Origin: a bacterium
GTDB lineage: Bacteria > UBA8248
Assembly (NCBI GenBank): GCA_965207065.1
Contig: OZ242260.1
Location: 2,400,001 to 2,464,000 of the forward strand
Length of the DNA stretch: 64,000 nt
Direction: 5' to 3'
Shown here: in pieces, positions 19,103 to 35,916 of the stretch
Numbering within the stretch: the first letter of the stretch is position 1
How the letters are laid out: every line of letters starts with the position of its first letter
Program-made: the position numbers and the translations under genes
The notes under the pieces: generated by a model
The model's input: only the letters and a program-made list of their open reading frames with translations
Databases searched by the model: none
What the model was told of the DNA's origin: nothing

Positions 19103-19663
19103 ATGGCGACAGCAGTTGTGGAGAAGGGGAGGCTGGCGACGGGCAAGGCGCCCCGCGACGATAAGGTCGAGGCGATAGAGACGCTTCAGACTCGCTTTAA
19201 CGAGAGCGCCTCATTGGTACTGTTCGATTATCGCGGGCTGAGCGTCGCGCAGATGACGACGCTCAGGCAGCAAACGCGCGAGGCGGGCGTTCGGCTCTCC
19301 GTCGTCAAGAATTCACTCACCGAGCGGGCGGTAGAAGGCACGGGTTTCGAGGAGTTGCGAGGAAGGCTCGTCGGGCCGATTTCCATCGTGACGACCGATG
19401 GCGATCCCTCGACGCCCGCCAAGATACTCAAGGATTTCGTGAAGGGAGAATCCGTCGGCGAGATCAAGGGCGGGGTTCTGGACGGCAGGTTTCTCGAAAC
19501 CGCCGAAGTGGAGTCGCTCGCGGATCTGCCCTCGCGCGAGGTTCTGCTCTCTATGCTGCTCTCCGCCATGCAGGCCCCTGTGGCGGGTCTGCCGAGAGTT
19601 CTGAACGGCGTCATTTCCCAGTTCATGAATGTTGTCGACGCTATTGCCAAAAAGAAAGAATAA
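19103..19663 (+). CDS. rplJ: 50S ribosomal protein L10
   Basis: DYRGLSV, VVKNSL, LADLPSRE. Confidence 0.96.
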   Translation: MATAVVEKGRLATGKAPRDDKVEAIETLQTRFNESASLVLFDYRGLSVAQMTTLRQQTREAGVRLSVVKNSLTERAVEGTGFEELRGRLVGPISIVTTDGDPSTPAKILKDFVKGESVGEIKGGVLDGRFLETAEVESLADLPSREVLLSMLLSAMQAPVAGLPRVLNGVISQFMNVVDAIAKKKE

Positions 19664-19774
19664 GTGTAATATTTCTGTTTGCCCTTAGAAGGGGGGCAAA
19701 CGGCGAAATTTTCCAAAATAAAATGGCCTTGATCTGGCCGATGGTTTATTGCGAATGCGAGGAAAGGGCGAATT

Positions 19775-20158
19775 GTGGCAACCAAAGAAGAAGTAATCGA
19801 TTTCATTGAAAACATGACGGTGATGGAGTTGAGCGAATTCGTCAAGGAGCTCGAGGATAAGTTCGGCGTAACCGCAGCCGCGCCCATGATGATGGCCGGA
19901 GCGGGAATGGCGGCGGGCGGCGACGCGGGCGAAGCGGCGGAGGAGCAAACCGATTTCACCGTCACCCTCAAAGCCTTTGGTTCGGAAAAAATCAAGGTCA
20001 TCAAGACCGTCCGCGAGTTGACCAACCTGGGTCTCAAGGAGGCGAAAGACTTGGTGGAAAGCGCACCCCAAGCCGTCGTGGAGGCGGTTCCCAAGGAAGA
20101 CGCCGATGCTGCTGCCGATAAACTCAAAGCGGTTGGCGCGGAGGTGGAAATCACATAG
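19775..20158 (+). CDS. rplL: 50S ribosomal protein L7/L12
   Basis: LEDKFGVTAAA, KIKVIK, LGLKEAKDLVE; GTG start. Confidence 0.98.
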   Translation: MATKEEVIDFIENMTVMELSEFVKELEDKFGVTAAAPMMMAGAGMAAGGDAGEAAEEQTDFTVTLKAFGSEKIKVIKTVRELTNLGLKEAKDLVESAPQAVVEAVPKEDADAAADKLKAVGAEVEIT

Positions 20159-20252
20159 GGCTCACCAGGGATGCCGATGGCCTGATCCCTGCCTTTCGCG
20201 GCTGGATCGGCGCTTTACTCGTATCGCCCCCACTTTCTTGAGGTGAGCCAAC

Positions 20253-23200
20253 ATGAGTGTAAAAAATGGCAAGAACGGCCGTCGGGTTCGTGAGGATTTC
20301 GCCTCGATACCTGCGGTTATTGATATTCCGAATTTGATCGACATCCAGCTATCTTCCTACGAACGATTCCTCCAATGGGACACGCATCCCTCCGAGCGCC
20401 GCACGGACGAGGGTCTCGAGGGCGTGTTTCGCAGCGTGTTTCCCATTTCCGATGCCGCCGAGAACGTAACGCTCGAATATCTGGGCTATGAAATAGGCGT
20501 CTGGGAGTCGAGGGGCAACGAATATCCCAACCTGGGCGGGCCCGGCGTGAAGGATGACGACGGGGTGGAGGTCTTCTGTCGGCAAAAGCACGAGGCCGAT
20601 GAATGCCGCCAGAGAGGGATGACCTACGTCGCGCCCCTGCGCGTCATGCTGCGCCTCACGGTGTATGAGAATGACGAACTGACCAAGGAGCGCCGCGTCC
20701 GCGAGGTGAAGGAGCAAAAGGTGTATCTGGGGGAAATCCCCCTGATGACGGAGAACGGCACCTTCATCATCAACGGCACGGAGCGGGTCGTCGTCAGCCA
20801 GATGCACCGTTCTCCGGGCGCCTTCTTCAGCGCGGACAAGGCGAAGCCCACCGCCAAATCGGCTTTCACGGCCCGGCTCATCCCCTACCGGGGAAGCTGG
20901 CTGGACTTCGAGTTCGACAGCAAGGAGTTGCTCTTCGTCCGAATTGACCGACGGCGCAAGCTTCCCGTCACCATCCTGCTGCGCGCGTTCGGCTTGGACA
21001 AGGACGACATTCTCAATTCCTTCTACCAGAGCGAGGAGCTCTTCTACGACGAGAAGAGAGAAACGTACTACAAGAAACTCTCCGAACTCATGGTGAACCA
21101 GAGGATTTTCGAGGACATTGTCCTTCCTGATTCAGGCGAACTCGTTCTGCGGGCGGGGCGCAAGTTCACGCGCGCCGCTCTTCGGAAGCTTCAGTCCGCG
21201 GGTGTGGAGACTCTGGAACTCAAGGATGAGGAAGTCGTCGGGGGCATTCTGGCCCAGCCGGTGGCCGATCCCGAAACCGGCGAGGTGCTGTTCGACACGA
21301 ACCTTGAGATCACGTCCGAGGTTCTCGCAGCCCTGCGTGATAAGAATATCCCCAAGCTTGCCATTCTCTACGTCTCCGGTGTGGGTGCGGACAGGACCAT
21401 CCGCGATACTTTGACGTCGGATAAATGCGAGGCGCAAGAAGACGCTCTCGTCGAGATATACAAGCGCCTGCGCCCGGGCGATCCGCCGACGAAAGAAACG
21501 GCGCGGCTCCTTTTCGAAAATCTTTTCTTCAATTCGAAGCGATACGACTTGTCGCGCATCGGACGCCTGAAGCTGAACACGAAACTGGGCCTGAACCTTC
21601 CGCTGGATCAGAGAACCCTGACGCTTAACGACGTCATTGCCACAGTCCGCTACATCATCGAGCTACGCCACGGCCAGGGGGCGGTGGACGACATCGATCA
21701 TCTCGGCAACCGGCGCGTACGCTCCGTGGGCGAGTTGCTCGAAAGCCAGTTCCGCGTCGGTCTCGTGCGCATGGAGCGCGCCATTCGCGAGCGACTGAGC
21801 ATCCAGGACATGGACAATCTGCTGGTGCGCGATCTGGTCAACTCCAAGATGATCACGGCGGCAGTGAAGGAATTTTTCGGTTCCAGCCAGTTGAGCCAGT
21901 TCATGGACCAGACGAATCCCCTCTCGGAGATCACCCACAAGCGCAGGCTCTCGGCCCTGGGGCCCGGCGGCCTGACGCGTGATCGGGCCGGTTTCGAGGT
22001 GCGCGACGTTCATGCTACGCACTACGGCCGCATTTGCCCGATCGAGACCCCCGAGGGGCCGAACATCGGGCTGATCGCCAGCCTCTCCACGTATGCGCGC
22101 GTGAATCAGTACGGTTTCATCGAAACGCCCTGCCGCAAGGTGGTGAACGGACGCGTGGGAGCATCGGTCGAATGGCTCTCGGCGATCGATGAGGACAAGT
22201 ACAAGATTGCGCAGGCGAATGCACCCGTAGACGAAAAGGGCAACCTCGTCAACGAATTTGTCTCGGCGAGGACGAGCGGAGAGTTCGTCATGGTGCCCAG
22301 CGAGCAGGTGGACTACATGGACGTCTCGCCCAAGCAGTTGGTGAGCGTGGCCACCTCCCTCATTCCCTTCCTCGAGAATGACGACGCGAACCGCGCGCTC
22401 ATGGGCTCGAACATGCAGCGCCAGGCAGTTCCCCTGCTGCGGCCCGAGGCGCCCTACGTCGGCACCGGCATGGAGGGAATCGCGGCAAGGGACTCGGGCG
22501 CGGTCGTCATCGCGCAGTGCGACGGCCGTGTGGCGAGCGTGGACGCGACCCGAATCGTGATTCGCGCGACCGAGCAGGCGGGAAACCTGGCCGAAGAGGG
22601 TGTCTACATTCACAATCTGGTGAAGTATCGCCGTTCGAACCAGAACACCTGCATCAACCAAAAACCCATCGTGCACGTCGGCCAGGCGGTGAAGAAGGGC
22701 GACATCATCGCGGATGGGTTCTCCACCGATCAGGGCGAGCTCGCTCTGGGCAGAAACATGCTTGTCGCCTTCATGCCCTGGAACGGTTACAACTTCGAGG
22801 ACGCCATCGTCATCTCCGAAAAGGTGGTGAAAGAAGACATCTACACTTCCCTGCACATCGAAGAGTTTGAAATCGAGGCGCGTGACACGAAACAGGGCCC
22901 CGAGGAGATCACGCGCGACATCCCGAATCAGAGCGAAGAAGCCCTCCGCGACCTCGATGAGAGCGGCATCGTTCGCGTGGGTGCGCGGGTCAATCCGGGG
23001 GACGTGCTCGTCGGGCGCATCACGCCCAAAGGAGAAACGCAGCTAAGCCCCGAGGAGAAGCTCTTGCGGGCCATCTTCGGCGAGAAGGCGGGCGACGTCC
23101 GCGACTCCTCGCTCAGGGTGCCGCCGGGAATCGAGGGGACGGTCGTGGAGGTGCGCGTCTTCTCCAGGCGCGGCGCGGAGAAGGACGCCCGCATGCAACA

Positions 23201-24299
23201 GATCGAGGATGCGGAGATCGAGAGGCTGGAGAAGGACTACGGCGATGAAATCAATATTCTGAATGACGAGGGCGACGCGAGAATCCGCTCTCTGCTCATC
23301 GGGCAGCGCGCCCTCGCCGACGTGGTTCACCCCAGAACGAGTGAGAGCCTATTTGCCAAGGGGGAGGAACTCGACGAGGAGGGCCTCGCGAAACTCAGCG
23401 GCGTCCACCTCCTGAGCCTGCCTGTCGATAAGGCGTTGCTCGAGCAGATCAAGACCCTGTCCGACCATACGAACGAGCAGGTCGAGCTGCTCGACAGCAT
23501 TCTGCAGGAGAAGATAGCCAAGCTTCAGCGCGGCGACGAACTGCCCCCCGGCGTCCTCAAGATGGCGAAAGTCTACGTGGCCATGAAGCGCAAGCTCCAG
23601 GTGGGCGACAAGATGGCGGGCCGTCACGGCAACAAGGGCGTCGTATCCATCATCGTTCCCGAGGAGGACATGCCCTATCTGGATGACGGCACGCCCATTG
23701 AGATTGTGCTCAACCCCCTCGGCGTGCCCTCGCGCATGAACGTCGGCCAGATTCTGGAGACGAACCTGGGGTGGGCCGCGAAGGTGCTGGGCAAACATTT
23801 CGCGACGCCGGTGTTCGACGGCGCGACGGAGCAGGACATCGTCCGCTATACGGAAGAGGCCGAGTTGCCGCCTTACGGCAAAACCCAGCTCTATGACGGA
23901 AAAAACGGCCAGCCCTTCGAGCAGAAGGTTACGGTGGGGATGATCTATATGCTCAAACTCCACCACCTCGTGGACGACAAGATTCACGCGCGCTCGACGG
24001 GCCCTTATTCTCTGGTGACGCAGCAGCCCCTCGGCGGCAAGGCGCAGTTCGGCGGACAGCGCCTCGGTGAGATGGAGGTTTGGGCGCTCGAGGCCTACGG
24101 CGCTGCCAAGACGCTGCAGGAGATATTGACGGTGAAAAGCGACGACGTTTCCGGCCGCACGCGGATTTACGAGTCCATCGTGAAAGGAGAGAACTCGCTG
24201 GAGGCGAGTCTGCCCGAGTCCTTCAACGTGTTGATGAAGGAGCTTCAGAGTCTCGCCCTTGATGTCGAATTGATAGAGAGCGGCGAGGCGCCGAGCTAG
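20253..24299 (+). CDS. rpoB: DNA-directed RNA polymerase subunit beta
   Basis: [33 protein letters not shown]; 1348 aa. Confidence 0.99.
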   Translation: MSVKNGKNGRRVREDFASIPAVIDIPNLIDIQLSSYERFLQWDTHPSERRTDEGLEGVFRSVFPISDAAENVTLEYLGYEIGVWESRGNEYPNLGGPGVKDDDGVEVFCRQKHEADECRQRGMTYVAPLRVMLRLTVYENDELTKERRVREVKEQKVYLGEIPLMTENGTFIINGTERVVVSQMHRSPGAFFSADKAKPTAKSAFTARLIPYRGSWLDFEFDSKELLFVRIDRRRKLPVTILLRAFGLDKDDILNSFYQSEELFYDEKRETYYKKLSELMVNQRIFEDIVLPDSGELVLRAGRKFTRAALRKLQSAGVETLELKDEEVVGGILAQPVADPETGEVLFDTNLEITSEVLAALRDKNIPKLAILYVSGVGADRTIRDTLTSDKCEAQEDALVEIYKRLRPGDPPTKETARLLFENLFFNSKRYDLSRIGRLKLNTKLGLNLPLDQRTLTLNDVIATVRYIIELRHGQGAVDDIDHLGNRRVRSVGELLESQFRVGLVRMERAIRERLSIQDMDNLLVRDLVNSKMITAAVKEFFGSSQLSQFMDQTNPLSEITHKRRLSALGPGGLTRDRAGFEVRDVHATHYGRICPIETPEGPNIGLIASLSTYARVNQYGFIETPCRKVVNGRVGASVEWLSAIDEDKYKIAQANAPVDEKGNLVNEFVSARTSGEFVMVPSEQVDYMDVSPKQLVSVATSLIPFLENDDANRALMGSNMQRQAVPLLRPEAPYVGTGMEGIAARDSGAVVIAQCDGRVASVDATRIVIRATEQAGNLAEEGVYIHNLVKYRRSNQNTCINQKPIVHVGQAVKKGDIIADGFSTDQGELALGRNMLVAFMPWNGYNFEDAIVISEKVVKEDIYTSLHIEEFEIEARDTKQGPEEITRDIPNQSEEALRDLDESGIVRVGARVNPGDVLVGRITPKGETQLSPEEKLLRAIFGEKAGDVRDSSLRVPPGIEGTVVEVRVFSRRGAEKDARMQQIEDAEIERLEKDYGDEINILNDEGDARIRSLLIGQRALADVVHPRTSESLFAKGEELDEEGLAKLSGVHLLSLPVDKALLEQIKTLSDHTNEQVELLDSILQEKIAKLQRGDELPPGVLKMAKVYVAMKRKLQVGDKMAGRHGNKGVVSIIVPEEDMPYLDDGTPIEIVLNPLGVPSRMNVGQILETNLGWAAKVLGKHFATPVFDGATEQDIVRYTEEAELPPYGKTQLYDGKNGQPFEQKVTVGMIYMLKLHHLVDDKIHARSTGPYSLVTQQPLGGKAQFGGQRLGEMEVWALEAYGAAKTLQEILTVKSDDVSGRTRIYESIVKGENSLEASLPESFNVLMKELQSLALDVELIESGEAPS

Positions 24300-24383
24300 A
24301 CCTGAATTATTGAGCCTATTTGTTCGGCGGTTCCATCGGCCGTCGCCCAAGGGATGACGCACATACTCCCAAGGAGGGTTGAA

Positions 24384-28535
<4,152 letters not shown>

Positions 28536-28570
28536 CCCTTTGAAATACGTATTTTTTTCCTCGTCTAAGG

Positions 28571-28598
28571 TTGACAAGAGCGCGTGTCGGGCTATAAT
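28571..28598 (+). promoter_or_regulatory. Sigma70 promoter of the str operon
   Basis: Consensus TTGACA-16 bp-TATAAT plus GC-rich discriminator. Confidence 0.85.
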
Positions 28599-28796
28599 CG
28601 CCGCTTCGTTGTCTGGCGCGTGTGGTTCTTGAAGCCTCGGGGCCTCATAAGCATTTGAATTAATTATGGATATTTGGCTGTCCCATCTCGGGACCCAGCC
28701 GAAGTTGAAATAAATGGCCCCGAGATGAGGGCAAAGAACGCTTTGGTCTCGAAAGAGCAGGATTTATCGGGGCGGTTTTCTTAAGATTCGGAGTGA

Positions 28797-29171
28797 ATGG
28801 TGCCGACCATCAGCCAGTTGATACGTAAGGGACGCAAGCGGATTCAGACTAAAACCGACAGTCCGGCGCTGCGCAATTGTCCCCAGAAACGCGGTGTTTG
28901 CGTTCGTGTGTATACGACGACGCCCAAGAAGCCGAACTCGGCACTCCGGAAGGTCGCTCGTGTGCGCCTCACCAATGGCATGGAGGTGACCACCTACATT
29001 CCCGGAGAGGGACACAACCTTCAGGAACACTCCATCGTCTTGATTCGCGGCGGACGCGTGAAAGACTTGCCCGGTATTCGCTATCACGTCGTCCGCGGAA
29101 CGCTCGACAGCGTGGGCGTGGAGGCGCGTCGTAACGGGCGCTCTAAATACGGAGCAAAAAGGCCGAAGTAA
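28797..29171 (+). CDS. rpsL: 30S ribosomal protein S12
   Basis: [20 protein letters not shown]. Confidence 0.99.
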   Translation: MVPTISQLIRKGRKRIQTKTDSPALRNCPQKRGVCVRVYTTTPKKPNSALRKVARVRLTNGMEVTTYIPGEGHNLQEHSIVLIRGGRVKDLPGIRYHVVRGTLDSVGVEARRNGRSKYGAKRPK

Positions 29172-29213
29172 ACGGCGTTCTCGTTCAAGGTTCAGCAGGG
29201 AGATTTATTTTTC

Positions 29214-29681
29214 ATGGCGAGAAGAAAAAGAGCCACGAAAAGAACCGTTTTGCCGGATCCGAAGTTCAACGACCGGATGGTGACCAAGTTCATCAACTCC
29301 TTGATGCTCAAGGGGAAGAAAAGTCTGGCCGAACGTGTCTTCTACGGGGCGATGGACGTGGTGGAGGAGAAGATGAAGGAAGACCCCATCAAGGTGTTCA
29401 AGCGCGCCATGGACAACGTGAAGCCCGCTCTCGAGGTTCGCTCCAGGCGTGTGGGCGGCGCCACCTATCAGGTGCCCGTAGAGGTACGGCCCGACAGGCG
29501 CACGGCGCTCAGCATCCGCTGGATCATCCAGAACGCCCGGAGCCGGGACAGGAAGATTGCAAACGGCCTCGCCGCCGAGATCATGGACGCCGCGAACGAT
29601 ACGGGCGGCGCCGTACGCTTGAGAGAGAACACGCACCGTATGGCGGAGGCGAACAAAGCCTTCGCCCACTATCGTTGGTAG
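29214..29681 (+). CDS. rpsG: 30S ribosomal protein S7
   Basis: [24 protein letters not shown]. Confidence 0.99.
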   Translation: MARRKRATKRTVLPDPKFNDRMVTKFINSLMLKGKKSLAERVFYGAMDVVEEKMKEDPIKVFKRAMDNVKPALEVRSRRVGGATYQVPVEVRPDRRTALSIRWIIQNARSRDRKIANGLAAEIMDAANDTGGAVRLRENTHRMAEANKAFAHYRW

Positions 29682-29700
29682 GCTGAGGGAAGGAAAGACC

Positions 29701-31806
29701 GTGCCTAGCGAAGCGCTCAGGAAAACGAGAAACATCGGCATCATGGCGCATATTGATGCCGGCAAGACGACGACGACCGAGCGCGTCCTCTTCTACACGG
29801 GCAGGACCCACAAGATGGGTGAGGTCCATGACGGCGCGGCCACCATGGACTGGATGGCCCAAGAACAAGAGCGCGGCATCACCATCACGTCCGCGGCTAC
29901 GCGCTGCGCCTGGAACGATCACTTTATCAACATCATTGACACGCCCGGCCATGTGGATTTCACGGCCGAAGTGGAGAGAAGCCTGCGGGTTCTCGATGGC
30001 GCTGTGGCGGTGTTTTGCGCCGTGGGCGGCGTTGAGCCTCAAAGCGAGACAGTCTGGCGTCAGGCGGAGAAATACGGTGTTCCCCGCCTCGTGTTCGTCA
30101 ACAAGATGGACAGGACGGGCGCGGATTTTCAAAGAGTGGTGAATGAAATTAGAGAACGTCTCGCCGCAAACCCGCTCATGCTGCAACTGCCGATTGGGGC
30201 GGAGGAGAACTTCGCCGGCATGGTGGATCTGGTGACAATGAAAGCGCGGGTGTTCGACGAGCCGATGGGCGCATCCTACAAAGAGGCGGAAGTGCCCGAG
30301 GATATGCAGGAAGAAGCGAATGAATTGAGAGAAAAGCTCTTCGACACGCTCTCGATGTTCGATGACTCGTTGATGGAGAAATACCTGGAAGGCGAGGAGA
30401 TTTCTCCCGAGGAGATTCGGGCCGCGATTCGACAGGGAACGATCAGCGGCGAATTTGTTCCCGTCGTATGCGGCTCCGCGTTTAGGAACAAGGGCGTTCA
30501 ACTCCTGCTCGACGCCATCGTCGACTATCTCCCCTCTCCTCTCGAAATACCTCCCGTTCAAGCCGTTTTGTCAGATGAAGATTTAGAGTTGGGCAGAAAG
30601 CCCGAAGAGAGAGCACCCACGGACGATGACCCTCTCTGCGCGCTGACTTTCAAGGTAATGACGGACCCATATGTAGGCCAGTTGGTATTTATCCGCATAT
30701 ATTCCGGCGTGCTGAAATCGGGTTCCTCCGTATTGAATACGATTACCGGCAAGCAGGAGCGCGTAGGGCGTCTCATGCGAATGCACGCGAACAAGCGCGA
30801 GGAGATACAGGAGGCCCATGCAGGCGACATCGTCGCCGCCCTGGGCATCAAGCAGGCCAAAACGGGCCATACCCTCTGCACTCCTGCTCACCCCATCCTT
30901 CTTGAAAGTATCAACTTCCCCGAACCCGTCATCTCCATCGCCATCGAGCCGAAGACGAAATCCGACCATGACAAGCTCGGCAACGCTCTGGCGAGGCTCT
31001 CGAATGAAGACCCGACCTTCCGGGTGCGCACGGACGAGGAAACAGCGCAGACCATCCTCTCCGGGATGGGTGAGTTGCACCTGGAGATTCTGGTGGACAG
31101 GCTATTCCGCGAATTCTCGCTGGAAGCCAGCGTGGGCAAGCCCCAGGTCGCCTATCGGGAAACGATTCGGACTGAGGCCACTGCGCGAGGGCGTTTCGTG
31201 CGCCAATCCGGTGGACGCGGGCAGTTCGGGGATGTGGAGATCACCATCAGGCCGCTCGCTCCCGGCGACGGTTTTCAGTTCGTCAACAAGATTGTGGGCG
31301 GCGTGATTCCGAAAGAATACATTCCGGCAGTCGAGAACGGCGTCAGGGAATCCATGGAAAACGGCGTTATCGCCGGGTATCCGTTGCTCGACATCGAGGT
31401 CACGGTTTTCGACGGTTCGTTCCACCAGGTCGACAGTTCTGAAGTGGCCTTCAAAATCGCAGGCTCCATGGCCTTCAAGGAGGCCGCAAAGAAAGCGAAG
31501 CCGGTTCTGCTCGAGCCGATCATGGATATGGAAGTGGTGTGTCCCTCGGATTTTCTGGGCGACGTCATGGGAGACCTCACTTCCCGGCGCGGCCGGATTC
31601 GCGAGATGGATGACAGAGCGGGCGCCAAGGTAGTGAACGCCTCCGTCCCGCTCTCGGAAATGTTCGGTTATGCGACCGACGTTCGGTCGATGACTCAGGG
31701 CAGGGCGACCTATACGATGCAGTTCGGTCGCTATGAAGAGATGCCGCGCCAGCTCGCTGAGGAACTGATGGCGAAAAACGTCGGCACGGCGGTCGAAACG
31801 GTATAG
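29701..31806 (+). CDS. fusA: Elongation factor G
   Basis: [24 protein letters not shown]. Confidence 0.99.
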   Translation: MPSEALRKTRNIGIMAHIDAGKTTTTERVLFYTGRTHKMGEVHDGAATMDWMAQEQERGITITSAATRCAWNDHFINIIDTPGHVDFTAEVERSLRVLDGAVAVFCAVGGVEPQSETVWRQAEKYGVPRLVFVNKMDRTGADFQRVVNEIRERLAANPLMLQLPIGAEENFAGMVDLVTMKARVFDEPMGASYKEAEVPEDMQEEANELREKLFDTLSMFDDSLMEKYLEGEEISPEEIRAAIRQGTISGEFVPVVCGSAFRNKGVQLLLDAIVDYLPSPLEIPPVQAVLSDEDLELGRKPEERAPTDDDPLCALTFKVMTDPYVGQLVFIRIYSGVLKSGSSVLNTITGKQERVGRLMRMHANKREEIQEAHAGDIVAALGIKQAKTGHTLCTPAHPILLESINFPEPVISIAIEPKTKSDHDKLGNALARLSNEDPTFRVRTDEETAQTILSGMGELHLEILVDRLFREFSLEASVGKPQVAYRETIRTEATARGRFVRQSGGRGQFGDVEITIRPLAPGDGFQFVNKIVGGVIPKEYIPAVENGVRESMENGVIAGYPLLDIEVTVFDGSFHQVDSSEVAFKIAGSMAFKEAAKKAKPVLLEPIMDMEVVCPSDFLGDVMGDLTSRRGRIREMDDRAGAKVVNASVPLSEMFGYATDVRSMTQGRATYTMQFGRYEEMPRQLAEELMAKNVGTAVETV

Positions 31807-31876
31807 ATTGGTATTTCTGGAGAGGGCGGCCGTGAGCCGCCTTCTTTGAATTTTCATCAGAAGGAGAAGGGAAGCC

Positions 31877-33055
31877 ATGGCGAAGGCGAAGTTTGAGCGC
31901 ACGAAGCCGCACGTGAACGTAGGGACGATAGGGCACGTGGACCATGGGAAGACGACGTTGACGGCCGCGATCACGAAACACCTCTCTGCGAAGGGGATGG
32001 CGGAGGAGATCGGCTTCGACGAGATCGACAAGGCGCCGGAGGAGCGCGAGCGGGGGATCACGATAGCGACGGCTCACGTTGAGTACGAGACGGACAACCG
32101 CCACTACGCGCACGTGGACTGTCCGGGCCATGCGGATTACGTGAAGAACATGATAACGGGCGCGGCGCAGATGGATGGCGCCATACTGGTGGTCTCGGCG
32201 GCGGACGGACCGATGCCGCAGACGCGCGAGCACATCCTGCTGGCTCGCCAGGTGGGGGTACCCTACATCTGCGTGTACCTGAACAAGGTGGACATGGTGG
32301 ACGACGAGGAGCTTTTGGAGCTGGTGGAGCTGGAGGTCCGCGAGCTTTTATCGACGTATGAGTTCCCGGGCGACGACATACCGGTTGTTCCGGGTTCGGC
32401 GCTGAGAGCCTTGGAGGGGACGGACACGTCTTCGATAGACGATTTGATGGAGGCGGTGGACGGCTACATCCCGGAGCCGGTCCGCGACGTGGACAAGCCG
32501 TTCCTGATGCCTGTGGAGGACGTGTTTTCGATATCGGGCCGTGGCACGGTTGCGACGGGCCGTGTGGAGCGCGGGATCGTGAACGTTGGGGATGAGGTGG
32601 AGATAGTGGGCATCACGGACACGCGCAAGACGGTTGCGACGGGCGTTGAGATGTTCCGGAAGCTCCTGGACCAGGGCCAGGCGGGTGACAACGTAGGGGT
32701 ATTGCTCCGGGGCATCAAGAAGGACGAGATAGAGCGCGGCCAGGTGCTGGCGCAGCCGGCCTCGATCATGCCGCACCTGAAGTTCAAGGGTGAGGTATAC
32801 ATACTGACGAAAGAAGAGGGTGGTCGTCACACGCCGTTTTTCAACGGCTACCGTCCTCAGTTTTATTTCCGTACGACGGACGTGACGGGTCTGGTGACGC
32901 TGCCTGAGGGTCGTGAGATGGTGATGCCGGGCGACAACGTATCGTTGGACGTAGAGTTGATAACGCCGATAGCGATGGAGCGCGAGTTGCGCTTCGCGAT
33001 ACGCGAGGGAGGCCGCACCGTGGGGGCCGGCGTCGTCACAGAGGTCGTCGAGTAG
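31877..33055 (+). CDS. tuf: Elongation factor Tu (copy 2)
   Basis: Same 392-aa protein as copy 1. Confidence 0.99.
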   Translation: MAKAKFERTKPHVNVGTIGHVDHGKTTLTAAITKHLSAKGMAEEIGFDEIDKAPEERERGITIATAHVEYETDNRHYAHVDCPGHADYVKNMITGAAQMDGAILVVSAADGPMPQTREHILLARQVGVPYICVYLNKVDMVDDEELLELVELEVRELLSTYEFPGDDIPVVPGSALRALEGTDTSSIDDLMEAVDGYIPEPVRDVDKPFLMPVEDVFSISGRGTVATGRVERGIVNVGDEVEIVGITDTRKTVATGVEMFRKLLDQGQAGDNVGVLLRGIKKDEIERGQVLAQPASIMPHLKFKGEVYILTKEEGGRHTPFFNGYRPQFYFRTTDVTGLVTLPEGREMVMPGDNVSLDVELITPIAMERELRFAIREGGRTVGAGVVTEVVE

Positions 33056-33080
33056 AGCGACGGAAGGATAACGCGAGAAG

Positions 33081-33389
33081 ATGAGCCAGAAGATTCGGAT
33101 TCGACTGAAGGCATACGATCATCGCTTACTGGATCAATCCGTGGGCGAGATTGTCGATACGGTGAAGCGCACGGGCGCTTCGCTGGTGGGGCCGGTGCCG
33201 CTGCCCACTTCCATCAACAAGTACACGGTGCTGCGTGGCCCGCATATTGACAAGAAATCGAGAGAGCAGTTCGAGATCCGGACGCACAAGCGGCTCGTGG
33301 ACATTATGGAGCCCACGCAGCAGACGGTGGATGCGCTCATGAAGCTGGAGCTTGCCGCCGGCGTGGACGTCGAGATCAAGCTGAACTAG
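33081..33389 (+). CDS. rpsJ: 30S ribosomal protein S10
   Basis: [23 protein letters not shown]. Confidence 0.99.
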   Translation: MSQKIRIRLKAYDHRLLDQSVGEIVDTVKRTGASLVGPVPLPTSINKYTVLRGPHIDKKSREQFEIRTHKRLVDIMEPTQQTVDALMKLELAAGVDVEIKLN

Positions 33390-33402
33390 ACAGGATGATG
33401 TG

Positions 33403-34116
33403 ATGCAATTTTTACTTGGCCGAAAAATCGGGATGACTCAGGTGTTTTCGCCGGATGGCGGAGCGATCTCGGTGACGGTGGTCGAAGCGGGCCCTTGCAC
33501 TGTCTTGCAGCGCAAGACCGAGGAAAACGACGGCTATGCGGCCGTTCAAATCGGGTACATGCCCCGAAAGGAAAAGGGCCTCACAAAAGCAGCCCTTGGC
33601 CATTTCCAGAAAGCGGGTACGCAGCCGTTTCGCTATCTGAAGGAAGTACCGCTGGAAGATGAAGACGCCGAGCTCGAAGCCGGCAGCCTCATCGACGTGA
33701 CGATATTCGATCGCGGTGATCGCATCGACGTGACGGGCACGAGCAAGGGCCGCGGCTTCGCCGGCGTGATGAAGCGTCACGGATTCGGGGGCGGGCCTGC
33801 CTCTCACGGCGGCATGTTCGATCGCCTGCCGGGTGCGATGGGAGCATCGGCGTATCCCTCGAAGATCATCAAGGGCAAAAAGATGCCGGGCCAGATGGGG
33901 AACGAGAAAGTTACCACGCAGGGGCTTTTGGTGGTGGACGTCATCCCCGAGGAGAATCTGCTTCTGCTCAGGGGCGCCGTGCCCGGAGCGAACAATGGAT
34001 TCGTGCTCTTGCGCAAGAGCGTCAAGGGCAACAAGGGCGGATTGGAAAAACCGAAAGAGCAGGCCAGGAGCCTGAACCCCCTGAAGGCTTCGAAGCGGGC
34101 CGCACGAGGGAATTGA
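33403..34116 (+). CDS. rplC: 50S ribosomal protein L3
   Basis: GRKIGMTQ, SKGRGFAGVMKRH, KMPGQMG. Confidence 0.98.
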   Translation: MQFLLGRKIGMTQVFSPDGGAISVTVVEAGPCTVLQRKTEENDGYAAVQIGYMPRKEKGLTKAALGHFQKAGTQPFRYLKEVPLEDEDAELEAGSLIDVTIFDRGDRIDVTGTSKGRGFAGVMKRHGFGGGPASHGGMFDRLPGAMGASAYPSKIIKGKKMPGQMGNEKVTTQGLLVVDVIPEENLLLLRGAVPGANNGFVLLRKSVKGNKGGLEKPKEQARSLNPLKASKRAARGN

Positions 34117-34124
34117 GGAACGAG

Positions 34125-34751
34125 ATGCCCCGGATTGATGTGTATGACCTCGAAGGACAGGTAGTGGAGCAGATGGATCTGCCCGAGTCCGTTTTTGACG
34201 GTGAGGTGAAAATGCACCTGATCCACCAGATGGTGAAGGCGCAGCTCGCAGGAAAACGTGCGGGCACGCACTCGACGCTGACGCGCAAGGAAGTGCACGG
34301 CACGGGCGCGAAGCCCTTCAAGCAAAAGGGCGGGGGACGCGCGCGCGCGGGCGACGTCAAATCCCCCATATGGCGCCACGGCGGGGTCACCTTCGGCCCC
34401 AAACCGCGCGATTACAGCCAGAAGATGAACAAGAAGATGAAAAGCGGCGCGCTCAGGAGCGCCCTGAATTTGAAATGGAAAGAAGGAAAACTGCTCGTCG
34501 TGCGCGACCTCAATCTGCCTGAGCCTAAGACACGCCTGATGGCGGAAGTTATGGTGAACCTGAACCTGGGGCGCAAGGCGTTAATCGTAGATGATGGGAG
34601 CGAGCGGAATTTCGAGTTGGCGACGAGAAATATCAAGGGCGCGAAACCGATGAATCCCGAAGGCTTGAACGTATACGACATCTTGGGTCACGAGCACCTC
34701 GTTTGCACCAAGGGCGCGCTTGATGGCATTTCGGAAAGATTGGCGGGTTAG
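34125..34751 (+). CDS. rplD: 50S ribosomal protein L4
   Basis: KPFKQKGGGRARAG, GGVTFGPKPR. Confidence 0.98.
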   Translation: MPRIDVYDLEGQVVEQMDLPESVFDGEVKMHLIHQMVKAQLAGKRAGTHSTLTRKEVHGTGAKPFKQKGGGRARAGDVKSPIWRHGGVTFGPKPRDYSQKMNKKMKSGALRSALNLKWKEGKLLVVRDLNLPEPKTRLMAEVMVNLNLGRKALIVDDGSERNFELATRNIKGAKPMNPEGLNVYDILGHEHLVCTKGALDGISERLAG

Positions 34752-34754
34752 GTC

Positions 34755-35042
34755 ATGGAGAGTACATACATCATCCGCAGGCCCTGCGTGACGGAAAAAA
34801 GCATCGCGAGCTCCGAGGAAGCGAACAAGGTCGTCTTCGAGGTAGCCGTCGGAGCGAACAAGATAGAGATAAAAAAGGCGGTGCAGGAGTTGTTCGGTGT
34901 CACGGTGCTGAACGTGAACACGATGCGGGTGCCCGGAAAGAAGGTTCGCATGGGCCGCCATCAGGGCGCCAAACCAGCGTGGAAAAAAGCGATTGTGACG
35001 CTTCGCGAAGGCGATACGATCGAATTTTTTGAATCTACTTAG
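34755..35042 (+). CDS. rplW: 50S ribosomal protein L23
   Basis: [22 protein letters not shown]. Confidence 0.98.
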   Translation: MESTYIIRRPCVTEKSIASSEEANKVVFEVAVGANKIEIKKAVQELFGVTVLNVNTMRVPGKKVRMGRHQGAKPAWKKAIVTLREGDTIEFFEST

Positions 35043-35059
35043 CTATTGAGACGAGTGCT

Positions 35060-35890
35060 ATGCCGGTAAAAAAATACAAGCCGACTTCCCCGGGGCGGAG
35101 ATTCCAGGACGTTCTCCTGCGGGATGAGATTACGACGGACCGGCCCGAGAAGTCCCTGACAAAGGGGCTGTCGAAATCCGGCGGGCGGAACAACCGGGGC
35201 CGCATCACCACCTACCAGAGGGGCGGAGGCCACAAGCGTCGCTACCGGGTGGTGGATTTCCGGCGCGAGAAAACCGGCGTGCCCGGCAAGGTGCGCTCCA
35301 TAGAATATGACCCGAACCGCTCCGCGCGGTTGGCGCTCATCGTCTATCTGGACGGAGAGAAGCGCTACATTATCGCGCCCGACGGCCTGGAAGTGGGCGC
35401 GACCGTCAGTTCCGGACCGGATGCTGAGATCCGCATCGGCAACGCGCTGCCCGTGGAGCGGATTCCGCTGGGTACCACGTGCCACAACATCGAGATGAAA
35501 CCCGGGCGCGGCGGACAAATCGCCCGCAGCGCGGGTGTGAGCGCCCAGCTCATGGCGAAAGAGGGAAATTACGCGCAGTTCCGGCTCTCCTCCGGAGAGG
35601 TGCGCATGATTCATCTGTCGTGCTACGCCACGATAGGCGAAGTGGGAAATTCCGACCACAGCAACGTAAGTCTCGGCAAGGCGGGGCGCAAGCGTTGGCT
35701 GGGTCGTCGTCCCAACGTCCGCGGCGTTGCCATGAACCCGGTGGATCACCCCTTGGGCGGCGGCGAGGGCAAAAGTTCTGGGGGCAGGCACCCGGTGACC
35801 CCGTGGGGCAAGCCGACCAAAGGATACAAGACGCGCAAGAAGGACAAGCCTTCTTCTAAATTCATCGTGCGGCGAAGAAAATCCAGGTAG
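35060..35890 (+). CDS. rplB: 50S ribosomal protein L2
   Basis: [20 protein letters not shown]. Confidence 0.99.
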   Translation: MPVKKYKPTSPGRRFQDVLLRDEITTDRPEKSLTKGLSKSGGRNNRGRITTYQRGGGHKRRYRVVDFRREKTGVPGKVRSIEYDPNRSARLALIVYLDGEKRYIIAPDGLEVGATVSSGPDAEIRIGNALPVERIPLGTTCHNIEMKPGRGGQIARSAGVSAQLMAKEGNYAQFRLSSGEVRMIHLSCYATIGEVGNSDHSNVSLGKAGRKRWLGRRPNVRGVAMNPVDHPLGGGEGKSSGGRHPVTPWGKPTKGYKTRKKDKPSSKFIVRRRKSR

Positions 35891-35916
35891 CCGGATTTCA
35901 GGGAGATTGGATAGCA

